A stretch of 64,000 bases of DNA from Raillietiella orientalis (lineage: Eukaryota), in the NCBI GenBank assembly GCA_036172245.1, contig JAYWIR010000076.1, positions 310,001-374,000 on the forward strand, read 5' to 3'. The notes under the pieces were generated by a model. That model saw only the letters and a list, made by a program, of their open reading frames with translations. It did no database searches and was not told the DNA's origin. Both the position numbers and the translations under genes were made by a program. Shown here in pieces: positions 47,414 through 60,729 of the stretch; positions within the stretch are counted from its first letter, which is position 1, and every line of letters starts with the position of its first letter.

Positions 47414-47788
47414 TGCACACTTGAGATCCAGCATTCATCCCAGTTACAGCGTTTAGCCAATTCCCGCAGAAACGCTCTTGCGTGCACATTGGGTTGGCCG
47501 CAAGAACAGCAGCCTGAGCACCACCGCAAGGGATGATAAACGCATCGTTGACACAATTTGCTGCTGCACTGTTGCTCAAGGAAGTCGCAGCAGTCGCGTC
47601 AATCGAGAAACCAACGTCGGCCATGTTGGGTATCGCATTCAAGCACAACGCCCTGGCTCCAGGGGTAGCCCTCACACACATCGCGTATTCCAGGTTGGTA
47701 TTTAGAACCGACATGACGTTGTTCATCCAGCCAAAGGATACGATCATACCTGTGGCCTCAAGGAAGTACTGAAGGCATCCGATGGGAG
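47414..47788 (-). CDS. CUB-domain protein, exon 6
   Basis: ttgcag/gtaag boundaries; APIGCLQYFLEATGMIVSF...YAMCVR...CVNDAFIIP...ERFCG. Confidence 0.9.
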
Positions 47789-48344
47789 CTGCAAATGAGA
47801 AAACACTTTGAATTCACCCCACTCTATCCGCATCGCGGTGAGGATGCGATAGGGTGTTCTGTGAATTAACTGTCCGCTTCCATTTCAACATATAATTTGG
47901 CACAACCCCTTCATTCCGCTGGGAGTTTTTGCTATTGCACAGACCAATGCAGCGTCAAGGAAGCTGCGAACCCTCCACTGGTCATGGAGTCGACCGACCT
48001 CAGCAACAACCAAAAGGCGGGACATGCCATCGTCAAACAGGAAACCCCTGCCGTCAGCTCCGCCGCTCGCATTGCGAAATCGAATGGGAGTTCCCAACAA
48101 ATTTACTGCTCTTTCCTTGCGACATTCTTTTTTCTAAACTACGGCATGCACCATGTCCCTTTTAATTGCACGTTCGGTGTCTCGCGGGAGGGAGAATGGG
48201 GTGGTACGCGTAAAGGGATATTCGCGGCAGCCATTGCCACAACGGTGCAACCTCCTACAGCGCGTGGGACAGGAAGGGCAGAGCTTTCTTTGGGTGGGTA
48301 GCCAATTCGACGAAGCATGGAATGGGACGGTTCCATCCACTTAC

Positions 48345-48473
48345 CCAGATACTCGGATCCGGATTCGATCTGCAACACACGGATGGACCAGGATCTTATT
48401 TCCATAGGCATCGCAGAGGCGACCGTGATGACTAGCATAACTCCCGTCGTTGCAGCGTCCATCCTCACGTACA
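48345..48473 (-). CDS. CUB-domain protein, exon 5
   Basis: ttttag/gtaag boundaries; LYVRMD...RSWSIRVLQIESGSEYL. Confidence 0.88.
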
Positions 48474-49191
48474 CTAAAATCCAGAAGAGGGGGGGCTTAA
48501 CTATGCCAGCTGGCATTGGGGTTCTGTGTCTTCTGATTGTACTTCAGTCAAGCTCTTTTGGCCAATATCCGTAGCGACTTCACAGATATGTGTCCAAGAG
48601 CCCGGCACCGCTGATTCATACCAGCGGACACACGCCGACATGCCACGTAGGCAAAGACAGCAGTGGCACCCTCTTTTCCGAATTCGCTTCGGGACTCCAA
48701 CAGATGCACAAAAACAGGAAGACCTTTCGAGGGTGCAGAAATCTTTCGGTACTGTGTCACCAACCTACGTCCCTTTCACCAATACACTTTGGGAGGACAA
48801 CCCCCGTGGTACGAGATCAGCACCGCGGATGGCAAGAGCGATGTTTAGCTAACATTTCCAGGGACGTTTGGTTCCCATTCCTGCAGGACTGTTGCTTGGA
48901 TTTGCTCTTCTATCTCTAAAACCGCAGAAAGCCAACAGCAGCATTGCAAGAGAGAAGCGTTGGTCCGGCAGACTCGAGCGCGAGAGATGGGAGTCGGCTC
49001 TCCGCATCCCCCTCTGTGGTGCCGCACACGGCAAGCGAACCGACGATCTTCAGCGGTCAAGCCGCGCCGAAGATTGGCAGCGCTGTTTCGGAAGACGTAC
49101 TCAATTCAGCGGCTTCCTATGACTACGGTCTCACACGAATGGCGCCAATGCTGGTGCTTGCCACTTACCAGCGACCAAAATAGTTACTTAC

Positions 49192-49337
49192 GGTGATTGT
49201 TCGGGTTCGGTCCGCAAATCGAGGAAGGGATGCTTTGTAAAGATCCGCTACCCATGGGCGTTATCACCAACGAATCCGGGTCGCATTGCCCGGTGGTACG
49301 CACTGCTGATCGAAGAGTCAGGGGCTGTAGTTCGATC
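49192..49337 (-). CDS. CUB-domain protein, exon 4
   Basis: tttcag/gtaag boundaries; IELQPLTL...GQCDPDSLVI...ICGPNPNNH. Confidence 0.88.
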
Positions 49338-50446
49338 CTGAAATTCACAGGTGCTTGTAAATCAAATTCTCCTCTGTGTCCCTGCTTTGCCACCGAAAAT
49401 TGACCCCGTACATCCCAGCAGGGAACAAACAGCGCTTGTGCGAGAGGGAAGTGCGTGATGAAGAAGCGCGGTCAGCAGTCCCTCGGCTTTTCTCACTGTG
49501 CATCAAACAAACGAGCGGTGCCTTCATGCCGGGAGCTCTTGAGGCAGCTCCTTCTCATTGCATGCGACCTTTCTCCCCCAAAATAGGCTTCCTGCGGTAT
49601 CTTCTCCCGCAGCTTGTGCTTCCCTTTGGGCTTCCTGACCTTTACACGTATTCTGATTCCCGATGGCTACCAAGCACGTGTACAAGCTCATACCCTTCGG
49701 TTCCGCGTTTTTCCGGCTTCACAATTGGTGGACGTTCGTTTTCCATTCTCGCAGGAGGAGAAATGCAGAAAGAATTCTATTTATGCTTTGCTTTATAGAA
49801 GGGTGTTGCCGCACCCAACAGTATCGTGGAATCTCACTCCCCCCTACAGCGTGGCGCCTGTCGTAAACTTCCACAGCAAAACTGCCTGATGCTGCATGCA
49901 AGTGGATGCGCTTCCCGTGGAAACGACTTGCTCGTCCGTCTTAGCGTTCGTGTTTTCCAATGTGGCGGCAAGAACTGCAGATCGACTTCGGTTGACGGTG
50001 TTTGCGATCGTCTTCCCGGTAGGGTCCTCATCCCAACGGCTGCTTGGCTTCTCTACCTCAAAAGCCACGTCTGGAGCGGAGACGTTCATCGGCGTAGCCA
50101 AATTTGACAGACACTTGGGAACCATCGTGGGTGAAACGAATGTCGATGGACAAGATGCTGCTCACAGCTACCAAAAGGGAGGCTTCGCAGGCACTGAAGC
50201 CTTTTACGATTCGATGGTGATCAGCAACCATTCCAGGATCAGTGGGCTCTCTCGCGCTGTGAGATGACGAGCTGCTTGACGAGCGAGACTCGCGTCATCC
50301 TCCATTGTGTAGCTAATTGAGACCCTATTCCGTTGCCTACGTTCTGTTTCAGCACACTACTCAATATTCGAATAGAACCGAATTTCCGAAGGTCGTCCGT
50401 TGCCCGGGGATCCACTTGTGGGTTCGAACTGCTCCCTCGTCCTCAC

Positions 50447-50576
50447 CTGAACTGTTGGATACGCGAGTTGAGTTTCTGGACCGTCGCTTGGCATGTCCCT
50501 CCGGTCGTTAGGACGTCCGTCGTGTTCTCGAAGTACGTATTGTTTATTCTTGAACTTTGCCCGCATCCAAGTATCA
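50447..50576 (-). CDS. CUB-domain protein, exon 3
   Basis: aag/gtgag boundaries; VILGCGQSSRINNTYFEN...GTCQATVQKLNSRIQQFR. Confidence 0.85.
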
Positions 50577-50623
50577 CTTTGGAAGTTTGACCATTTTCGG
50601 CATGGGATCATTGCGGGTCTTAC

Positions 50624-50770
50624 CTATGCAGCAAACACCGATCCCCAGGGCGCATTGACCATTCCTCAAACCACCGGCATTTGAGCACTCTCCAGGAGGA
50701 AGGCACGTCCCGTTGCGCGAGTTGACGAAGCAAGGCGTGTTTTGTATCCGCACTATTTGCATCAGTGAAC
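50624..50770 (-). CDS. CUB-domain protein, exon 2 (Cys-rich N-terminal module)
   Basis: ttcag/gtaag boundaries; NTPCFVNSRNGTCLPPGECSNAGGLRNGQCALGIGVCCI. Confidence 0.9.
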
Positions 50771-51342
50771 CTGAAGAGGAGGACGAAATGATGAGTACTC
50801 GGTGGTGATCCCGAAACGCCATTTACGTTTGCCACGAAAATCGTGCCCGTCGAAGAAAGCGTCATTGGGTGTCATCGCTTGACACTGTCGGCGAAGTTCC
50901 AGTTGCACGCGTTTTGAGGAATGCTTTCAACAGGAATGGTTTCGATCGTCCAACGAGGTCATACGCTGGCGTGGGAAGGATTGGGAAGAAGCACGTGGAG
51001 GGAACATTCGGGAATAAGGAGATTGAGGAGGTGCACGACTTCGATTCCTCTCGTGCTTCGCCCTAGGCCACCTGACTGAGGACGAATGGCTGCACTCAGC
51101 AGGCGCGTTCTTCTCGAACTGGCAAGCACAGAGGAATCCGTGCAAGAGGGCAGCTGCCCGACGGCATGTGCGCCTCTGCAGCTCGGCCAAGTCGACTCGT
51201 TTGGCATGGCGGTGGTGAATGTGTGTGTGGATGTGTGCGAGTGGGTAGGAAGGTGGATGTGTGGATGCATGCGTGTGCTTGTGTGTTCGGAATAGCCTCA
51301 AGCGAAAACGCGCAGAGGTCCGCGGAAGCACTCGTTACTTAC

Positions 51343-51424
51343 GGGATTGGTGTCTTGAGGTTGTGTTTGCTGCTTCTCCCTGCATGCACGTCATGACGAA
51401 AATTCCCAAAATCCACGCACACAT
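51343..51424 (-). CDS. CUB-domain protein, exon 1 (signal peptide); spliced CDS 1110 nt = 369 aa
   Basis: MCAWILGIFVMTCMQGEAANTTSRHQS + gtaag donor. All seven exons join in phase without stops. An alternative in-frame ATG lies at 51475. Confidence 0.8.
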
Positions 51425-53920
51425 CTCGAAAATCGCGCAGCCACCTTGGTAACCACCTCGAGTTGTCAGCTCCATGGATGCAATTCCCTCGGTTTGCGGC
51501 AACCCTTAGATGAAAACCTCTCCGCAAGATACGTTTTTTGTGAACAAAATGATGTTCTTGAATGACAAAAGAGGAAAACGGTGAGGTCAGTTTTTTTTTT
51601 TCTCCAATGTGCGTTTGTGAGTTTTTGTGTCTGCTGGGGATGCCCGTTATTCGGAAAGGGCCGGTTGTGGTTCCATGTTCTGGTGTCTGGGGAAATACCA
51701 GTGGATTTAAAGAAAATCATTTCGGTCTTTCAATTTTATTACATTAATTTAGAACTTTTGCTGGATCTTTCTCTGTAGGTCTGTTTCATGAGTAACAAAG
51801 ACACTCTACGGATTCGTATAGGGCAAAACAGGAGTGGTGTTCTTTTCTGCTCTGATCAAAGGACGCTCTCCAAGCAAACTCCTCGGTTCTCGCAAGTTTC
51901 GCAGGCAAATGGTCAACTGCGCTTGCAGGCGAGCGGGCGACGAGACCTTCCAGAAGAATGGTATACGACGCAGTGCAGCCTTACTTTCCCATGTGCTTTA
52001 CATGCTGAACGTCCATTCACACTCAGTAGTCCATGTGGGGTAACAGAAAGTGGCAAAGGAGAAAAGCCTCACATGCGATGTGGCAGCATTTTTTATCGCG
52101 TTCTGAATCAAATGTGCGTTTTAGATAGCATCCGGAACGCGCATTTGATACCAACAGCCGGCCGTTTCTGTTCTGCTGCGAGCAGACTCTTTTGGTATTC
52201 GAATTGACCGTGTCAGTGTAGGGCTCGCGAATTGATGTGCCGTTCTCGCTTGGCAAACTGTCTGAGGCAAAACTACTCATTGGATAGCTTACGTCAGAGG
52301 AATTGCCATTTGCTCTTCGTATCGTTGCATTTCTGGAGACATTCCAAAGACAGAACTGTGTATTATTCCAGCAAAAGGATCTGCAGCCTGTGCAGCCTCT
52401 TTGAACTTTTCGTACCCGTAGTTCTCTATCCTTGCGTTCTTTTCTGAGCGTAAATTGCTATAAGCAAAAAAGCTGAAAAGCCACGCTGCCTTTTATGAAA
52501 TTCTTGCAGCTACTTGGCTGATTCGAAACGGAACCTTCTCCGTTGCCCGCAGAGCTCTGCATCCTTGCAGTGCTCGCTGCAACTTGAAAGGGAAAGCGCT
52601 CGCTGAAGAAAAGAAACTTTGTCCTGAGATGAAGCACTTGCTAGACGGATATAAGTAGAGGGGAACAGTTTCTCGTCGCTCTTGAAGTCCTTTTTCCTGA
52701 TGCGGAAATGACGGCATTGGAAAAGGCAAACTTTGAACTTCCTCTCCCTACGCCCAATCTTTTTCCTGTTGATACCGTCATACGCGACATTCGTCATCTC
52801 ATTCGTCAAGGGAATATCCTTTATCGAAAGGCGTGCTTCCTTCATATGCATGAATTGACCTCAATGAGAAGCTTTACTTCACGTCCGTGAAGTACGTCGA
52901 CCGTTCATCTGTTAATTAGCGGTGCAACATATTTTGCTCCTTGGTTTCCTCGAGTTGATGAGTGAGTAGAAGAATACGATTTTAGCGAATGTTATTGGGT
53001 GCAATCACGACTGATTATTTGGAACGATACTGATTGTGGATGAGTCCTCGTTGTGCGAAAAGCATTTGTTTCCCTCTGGAAAAATTGCAATTTTCGAAGC
53101 ACAATGAAGAACGTTCAAGGTATAACTTCAACCCACTCTGAAATAAGAAACTTTGATGATGGGGAGATGATGGTCGGTTTTTGATTTGCTCGGGTGTACC
53201 TGAATGGACCACCATTATTTCTGCAAGGCGATGCTGCCTCATGGCTCTGCCGGTTTAAATGTGTGGTGGCTTTCTGGAAATGAATCTTAGAAAGCGGCTC
53301 CTTGGTGCTTTGAAGAAGAAGGGCTTATGTGGTTCCTTCCAAGGATAGCAAAGAGGCGCTTGGTATGAGAAAAAGTGTCTGTTTAAGTCCCAATTATCTT
53401 ACGCACACCAAGGAAGCATCGGGAAATTGTCGGAAACACATTGATGCACCGTGAAAGTGAAAGAAAATGAGAGAACTGTATTGCGCTGGACATTTTGCGT
53501 GTCACCGCGAAATACTTTAATTGACGAGGGACACTGTGACGAAATGTAATATTGGGAAGAGAGTGAAGGGGTAGGATGGGGAGAAGATGAGCTCAGTAGT
53601 GACCATTTTGTTTTGGGATTAATGGAAGTGTCGGAGGAGGGTGGTGGCACTTGTGATGTTAAAATGATGATTGCATAATAAATGATGACGGTAAAGTAAT
53701 GGAGAATAAGGAATCAGAATATATCGGCATGGAATGTGGAAATCGATCGATCCGTTATAGAATTCATTGTAGTAATTTTTATTGGCAGCGTATTGCTATT
53801 TGTTATTTGAAATTCAAATTGTTCTAATAAAGTCGTGAGGGTAAATCGTCTTGAACTGAAAAGAACTGTTGCTGCAGATTTCGGAACTCTGAGGGGATAA
53901 GAAGCGCGGATGATCTTTTA

Positions 53921-56095
53921 CAGGGGTGTCAAACTGTGGGCCCTCGATGTGATGTTATGTGGCCCTCCATCCTCTGAAATCAAAAGAAAAAAGCATACAC
54001 ACCCACCCACACAATATGTTACGAGGAAAATAGAGAGTAACCTTCGCGCCGTTGCTATGGCATCCGCCATGATGCACTGGTCAACCGTGGGAGACCTGTG
54101 GAAGTCCCAAATGCATCGTTAGAAATAACCCGAGTCTTTTGAAATTTTAAAATGTAGATGAAACCCCTATTTCTTTATACGGAGAATGTTGCTTTCGACG
54201 CGAAGCAAAAAGCGAAAGATTGATGACGAGAGAAGAAGATTTTAAGAAAGGTGGGAGCCGAACTACTTTTGTGTGGAAAGGAGCAATGAAATTACGCGCT
54301 TAATTTGCTAAAGAACACAACATGAAGCGTCATTATAGCACGAATCTCGAAGAAGAGGTTTGGTGCTTTGAAGGAAATGCAAGAGAAGAAAAATGGAAAA
54401 CAAGGAAGAATTCACTTCACAGCCAGCGGCGACGAGTGCTTACAAAATTCACGAAAAGTAGTGAATCAGTGTCAACAGTGTCTATTTATTAGAGAACCGT
54501 TGGAAATCATCCACCGAATTCCTCTGTCCAGAACAGTCTCTACAGTCGTTTCCAGATATACCACTATCAAGATGCACGGTGGCAGACAGAATTGCAGACA
54601 TGGCAGCTGACAGCTACAGGAAATATCTACCAAAGTGCAGTTCTTTTCGATGAGTGCGCGGATGTAAGAGATGTTGCAGAAGTTACTGATTTTTTTTTTT
54701 CCGTGGTTGAGATGACAACGTGAGGATCACCGAAAAATTGTCGGAAGTTGGAATCCTCTTCACGTAACCACAACTGGTGGAGACACTTTTGGTGCCGTAT
54801 AAAGCATTTTGGAAAAATGAAAACTTCCTCTTGACAGTCTGTTTCCGTGACAACAGCTGACGGCTTCAGATCGATGACGATTGAAACGAAAGGATCTGTG
54901 TCAAGACCAGCAGCAAAATTACAAGATGAATGTCCAGAGAGACCGAGAACAAGTTTTCTGTTAAAGAATGTGAAAAACGGACGGAGAGATGCTTAGAACA
55001 GGAGCAAAAACAGTCAACTTTATTGGATGGAGAGCGCTTGACGATCGCGAATTTACTTCGTTCCTTGAAAATTTGGAATTCCAACATCTTCCTCATCGCA
55101 CAGAGGTCAGTTGGTCAGTTCTGCTGCCACAATGTCCTGAAGAGCTCCTATCTGCTTTTTGAGAAGATTATCGTATTTCTTGGAATGAAAGATGAAGAGA
55201 ACGAAAATATCTCGGGTATGAAAGATCCCTTGTGATAGAGGGCTATCTATTTTCCAGCAGAGGAAAGTTTTGTACAAGAACTGACTTTGTTTAAAAATCA
55301 TTCCCAAAAAGTGTTTTGACGTATCTTCCAACGTGTGAGCAGTTAAGAGCACAAAATCAAAGTCGCTCGTCTTCACAATATTGTGACGAAATGGAAGAAA
55401 CGAATAACGAATTCGACAGAAGTTTTTTCGAAGAGTCACAAGAGAAGAAATTTCTTGTGACTTTTTCTTTGCAGTTGAAAAAAGCTCCCACTTCGAAATA
55501 AGCAGAATTAATTGATTTCCAGAATGATTCGGTTTCAGAAGACAAACATCGGGAAGTTGGAATTTATCAAAATGTATTCTCGCTTAGGTGAAAAATACCC
55601 GGAAGTGAAAAAGTTTGCTGCGCAGAGCTTATGCTATTTTGGGAGGACGTGTTCGTGTGATAGCATGAAATTTGGTGCATGGAGGGAAATAAAACGGCTC
55701 GCAGATAAAGAGCAGCTGAGAAACATCGATCCCTAATGAAGACATAATCTGATAGATATCTCTAATGAAGATTGTTTGCTCTTAGTCTTTGATTCCAGAT
55801 ATTGAAAAACGAGAAAGGGGAAAGGGCTGGCAAGTTTCTGGTGCAAAAAAATGAAATTTAGTTTTATGAACACATTAAACCAAATGATCGTCTAAATAAA
55901 ATCATTAATATATCAATTATTTACCATTACACCAAATTCACTTAATTACAGAATGTGTTTTAACTACCCTATTTATATTCCTGAATCCTCACTTCAAAAA
56001 GTAATTTTAAGAAAATTTGTAAATGCTGTGTCCCCCGTGTAAATCTTACCGGTCGCATTAAATGACCCGTGGTTTCAATGAGTCTGACACACCTG
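53921..56095 (+). mobile_element. Decayed hAT (Charlie/SPIN-like) DNA transposon
   Basis: TIRs CAGGGGTGTCAAACT ... AGTCTGACACACCTG; transposase relic KKRKIDDERRRF*ERWEPNYF...LIC and YPEVKKFAAQSLCYFGRTCSC. The right flank CTCTAGGA is Charlie-like, but the 8-bp flanks do not match. Confidence 0.8.
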
Positions 56096-58989
56096 CTCTA
56101 GGATGATGGGGGTCAGACTCGGGGCCAGGTGCAGACTCGGGGCTAAATGAGACTTCCGCGACATGATGAACCCGCGTACCGTTTGAGGAAACATCTGGAA
56201 ACCCCCCCCCCCCCATGCACTACGCACAGCCGTGTTTTTTGCGTCGACACGTGACTGCGCAGTCTGTCTCTCTCTCAGCCGAAGTATTTCACGTAAGCAG
56301 GAAGTGCCGCGAACGGACCGTGCGGTGATGGACCTTCCTGCCCTTGATTTCATTCATCCCACTGATGGGTAGCACTGAACCTTTGGATTGCAAGTGGCAA
56401 AGGGTCCAAAGGGGTTTTCAGGTGTTCATATGATGTACATGCTGGAATAGATTTGCAGAACAAAAAAAAAACTGATGCAATCACTGAGGATGGCATAAGA
56501 TGGATGCGACTCTCGTCCGTCATTACTTTTGCTGGTAGTGCACTCTGCTGGGTGGAGTACTCGTCTTCCTTCGTTGACATCTTCTCCTCTAACAGGCTCG
56601 TGACTCTCTACCTGGACCAGCTGCTCTTCAAGTCCTCCGGAGATCTCTTTAGATGTCTTTTGCTTTCAATCCTTCGAGAATGGACTCTCCTTGATCATTT
56701 TTCAGCTCATTGCGATTTGTTTCGTCAGCATAGCGCACATCGGAGCAGGAATGCAAACTATAAATATCTTTCTCAGCTGCCACATTCATCACTCACCTAT
56801 TTTTTCTATCTCCCTTTTCGTCCAACACACCATTTCCTTTTCATGGGAAAATTTTTTTGTTTCCAGCTCCACTGTAAGCCTTATAAGGCACTGCCTTATT
56901 ATCAGTGCGATTCACCCGAGAACTCTCCTCCCTGCTCCTGGAGCTGGATAGCTACCTTCAAACCACTCATCACTGCATCAAAAGAAGGCAAGGCAACTGT
57001 TGGCAAACCTCATCTTGGCAAATTTTGAATCCTGCAATTTGTAACTGGATGTAGCAGTATTAATTTGAATAATAAAGAGCATCGCAGATCTTTGAAAGAA
57101 ATTTCTACAAAAGAATGATCCTATGATGAAGAGTTCCGAATTGAAACACGACACTGCAGAGGCAAGGTGGCTAGTTCCCGGAATTTCTTCCAAATGTGGT
57201 TTGCGTTGGGATTGCAGCAGCTTATTAGCAGATCAACAGAAGGAAACGTGTGCTCTTGCTTCCTGTGCCTGGCTTTCCTTCCTGAGGCATCTTTGCAATC
57301 ATTTTCAGTCATCCTTCTGTTGAAAAAGGCGTACAAAGTATACCAGAATGGAGGTTGATCCGCCTTAGGGGAGTCGTATTCTAGACCTTCCTCTCCAGCT
57401 TTGTGATCCGGTTCCTGGATCATCTTCATGGGAACAGCAGCCTTCGACCCCACGTGCCAATACATTTCCGTCGCTGCAAGTGAGGCTGTCTCCGCGAAGC
57501 AGGAGGCGTTGTGCAACTGGATATGCTCACTTACCTCTCTTACTTTCCTTTACTGAAGCGAGCGGATGCCATTGAGGGGCCGAAACCCCATGTTGCATCC
57601 TCGACAAGGCATCTGACGCTCAAGTTCGGAAGATGCTGGAGATGATGCCTTCTGCGCATGCGATGCAACTCATGCTTTCCAAAGTTGAAGTCTTCGCGAA
57701 GTATAGCTCCTAACATTGTCACAAGTTCGGAAAGGTTCTAAAAGGACTTTGCAAGGCAGTCTGAGTTCAAGAAACACAAGAAGGGCAGGTGATGAGTGCC
57801 AAACTGTGAATGTTCCGTTCCCATACACGATCCCAATATAAGAAACGATTTCCGAAGCCCTGAGAGAGTTTTAGGCAGTGCAAAGGTACATTGAAAATAT
57901 TTCCAGTTTGATGCATTTGTCCATCCACAGCAGTGTCACTATTTGTTACTTCGCGTCATCCATATGGAGAGAAGCAGAAGTTTCTAAAGCACATTCTTTA
58001 CGCACACATATAGAGTGTGTTTTGCCATGAGATTAATGGCTCGACCGTTTGGCTCACGCTGATACCGGAAATGCTTCCAGATTGAAATTTGCAGATTTCC
58101 TTGGGGCAGATTCGTACAACGCGCCTAACAAATCAGTATTTTCAAAACAGACACGTTGAAAAACGCAACTCACAATACCTCGGACAGGGAAATAAATGAA
58201 ATCGGCACTCGGAATATATCTCCATCGTGCCGATTTCACAACGATGTTCGCAGCAATGAAGTTCAACGTTCCACTCGTCTTTCGTGGACTGTGGATCTAT
58301 TCTCGTGAGAAACATGCGTGTGTGCAAACAGTACAAAAATCGGCAAATCAGACGTTACCTTCTTCATAAGTAATGTTTCTGAACACTGATTCCGTTAACG
58401 GATAAGAGTTATGGCTAGTCGTGGGGAAATGGTTGCTTCCTAACTATGGGAGTGCTTACGGATGTGCTTGACAGGTCGGTGCCTCTCAGCTGAAGGGAGT
58501 TACCTACAGAGTACTGATCTCACAAATACCTGGAAAGTGCCAGGAGTTTGTAATGTGCAACAGCAGCACGGATTTTGGTCCACGGAGTTTCATGCAATTT
58601 GGAATGCATTGCTGGAATGATCATCTGAAATGCAAGTATTGCAAAGAAAACTGACTCTACCTACTCTACTCTACGATACCCAAGTAGCATTGCTCATGCT
58701 GATTGGGAACATCAAATCGGTTCGTTCTGATCTCTTACTAACCTAAGCGAAGCTGCAAGCTTATTCTAACGAATGTACTGTTCGGAAATCTGAAGATGAA
58801 CCATAAACAAAGAATTCGTGGTCCAATCATGAGAGGAATTTTCTGATGGCCTCGAATATGGAACCTTTCCGATGCGTTTCTTAATCTCTTGGTTCTCTCG
58901 AGAGATGTCGTAAGTGTTCAGAGCAATGTGAGAGAAGGGATGCTATGGTGCTTTATGTGGCTTCTTTCTTGGACGCGAAAATTGGGTGC

Positions 58990-59780
58990 CATTGAAATCA
59001 CGTGATTCTTGCCTTCGGTTTTCATCGCCCCCTTACGGACTTGGCGAGGCGTAGAGCGAGGCGGGTGCCTCCCATCTTCTCAATGACGGCGGGCCGGTTC
59101 TCGCCTTTCGAACCAAGCGCTGACCACCCGACCTTTTCGGTCGTTCGGATTGCCCTGCGCGCACGTCAGAGCTCTTCCCTCGTTCCGCGAGGCAGTACAT
59201 CCGTCAAAAGCTAACGTGGGCCTCCTTGAGGCCACTTAAGGACCCTTGAGACCGAACTTAAGTACGGATCAGCGAGGACGGAAACCACAGGTTGAGCAGA
59301 AGCGCGAAACCTGGTTTCATCCGGATTTTCAGTACGTACGCAGACCGCGAAAGCGAGCCCTACAGAGACCCCCTTGACATTGCGCGCAGATCGTGATTTT
59401 TGAGCAAGACGTCTCAGAGAAGTTACTTTTATAGAGGACTGGATTGTGGCAGACAGGAGTTCATAGCGACGTCGCTCCTTGATTCTTCCGTACCTTCACG
59501 AATTCTTCGATATCTTCTCTCCCTATATTCAGAAGACAGAATTCGCTAAGCGTTGGATCGTTCACTCGTCAACAGGGAACGCGATCTGCGTTTAGACCGT
59601 CAGGTTGGTTTCATCCTACTGATGACTGCTCGTTGCGATGGGAATCCTGCTCATCCCGGGAGCCGCTGCAGGTTCGAACATCTGGTACACGACCTTGGTC
59701 CAGTGGTGATCATGCCGCCGTATTATGCCTGAACGCTCCTAACACAGAATCCGTCGTAGACGTGAGCAATGTATCGGACG
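58990..59780 (+). pseudogene. Degenerate nuclear 28S rRNA 3' fragment
   Basis: GATTTTCAGTACG, GTTCATAGCGACGTCGCT, AAGCGTTGGATCGTTCAC, GTTTAGACCGTC and CCTGAACGC occur in LSU domain V-VI order. Universal positions, including the sarcin-ricin loop, are damaged. Confidence 0.88.
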
Positions 59781-60729
59781 GACAGGCTCGGCGTGCCAGG
59801 AATTTTCTTCCGTTCTTTAGGGACCAGTCCTGCCTCTGTCGTCAATCCTCGGCAAGCGAAGAAAAAAACTCATCAGGGCGTCCTCGCGCAGCGACTCAGC
59901 CCGCGGATGTACGCGTTTTCGTAATCCGGAGTGTCATCAAGCATTCCGTACGGTGAACGTGGATTGTGACCAGGGTGCGGAGTGGCATTTCATAAAAAAA
60001 ATAGAGAACATCTTCAAATTTGTGTGGTTGGACCACCCATTCAGCAACGACCGTTTCAACGGGAGTCTGCCGGGTCACCGATGCGCAGAACAGAGAGGCT
60101 CGCTACGACAGGAGAGGGTAGAGGGCAAACAAAAAGAAAATACACAAGCAATAAATAAATATACTTGGGAAGGTGCGGGAAAGAATCACGTCCTGCTGGA
60201 AGTGATCCTCTGCATTTTATCGAGAATGCCGTCAAGCGCTTGCTACACGCTGTTCTTCTGGTGGATCCATCTTGTTACCGTATTCGTGAAGCAAACAGCA
60301 AGGTGGATGGCATTTCTGTTGCTGTGTCCTCCCCTTGCATCGCCCCAGACCCCTGCAATCCCATATACGCAGCAAAGAGTGGTAATAAGTGTGGTTGTGT
60401 TTATGGGAGGGTATGAATTGGGCTTGGAAGTGGGGGGACGGTTAATGTTTTGGGTAAGTTGATCGTTTGCCGTATGATTTTTTTGAAGGGACGTCTGAGT
60501 TGCTGTCTGGATATAATGTGGAGTATGGTGGTAGTAAATTTGTTTTGTGATTTTTATCTGAATATGAATTTATTGTTCATTGAAGATTGATTACAAGATG
60601 AATGTATATTATAGGGGGTTATATGGTGGGAGTGAAGAGTTTGTTTGTAATGTATGTAATTATGTGACGGCGAAGGGTATTGCCACGTTATCGTTATGAT
60701 AGGATATGCGTTGAGGCATTTTGTTATAT

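Noticed and set aside
56350..57760. Possible gene from the 191-aa and 131-aa ORFs
   Set aside because: No recognisable domain or coherent exon chain.
58990..59780. Functional rRNA gene, or R2 target for the nearby RLE elements
   Set aside because: It is a fragment with damaged universal motifs. The R2 site sequence was not seen and no element abuts it.
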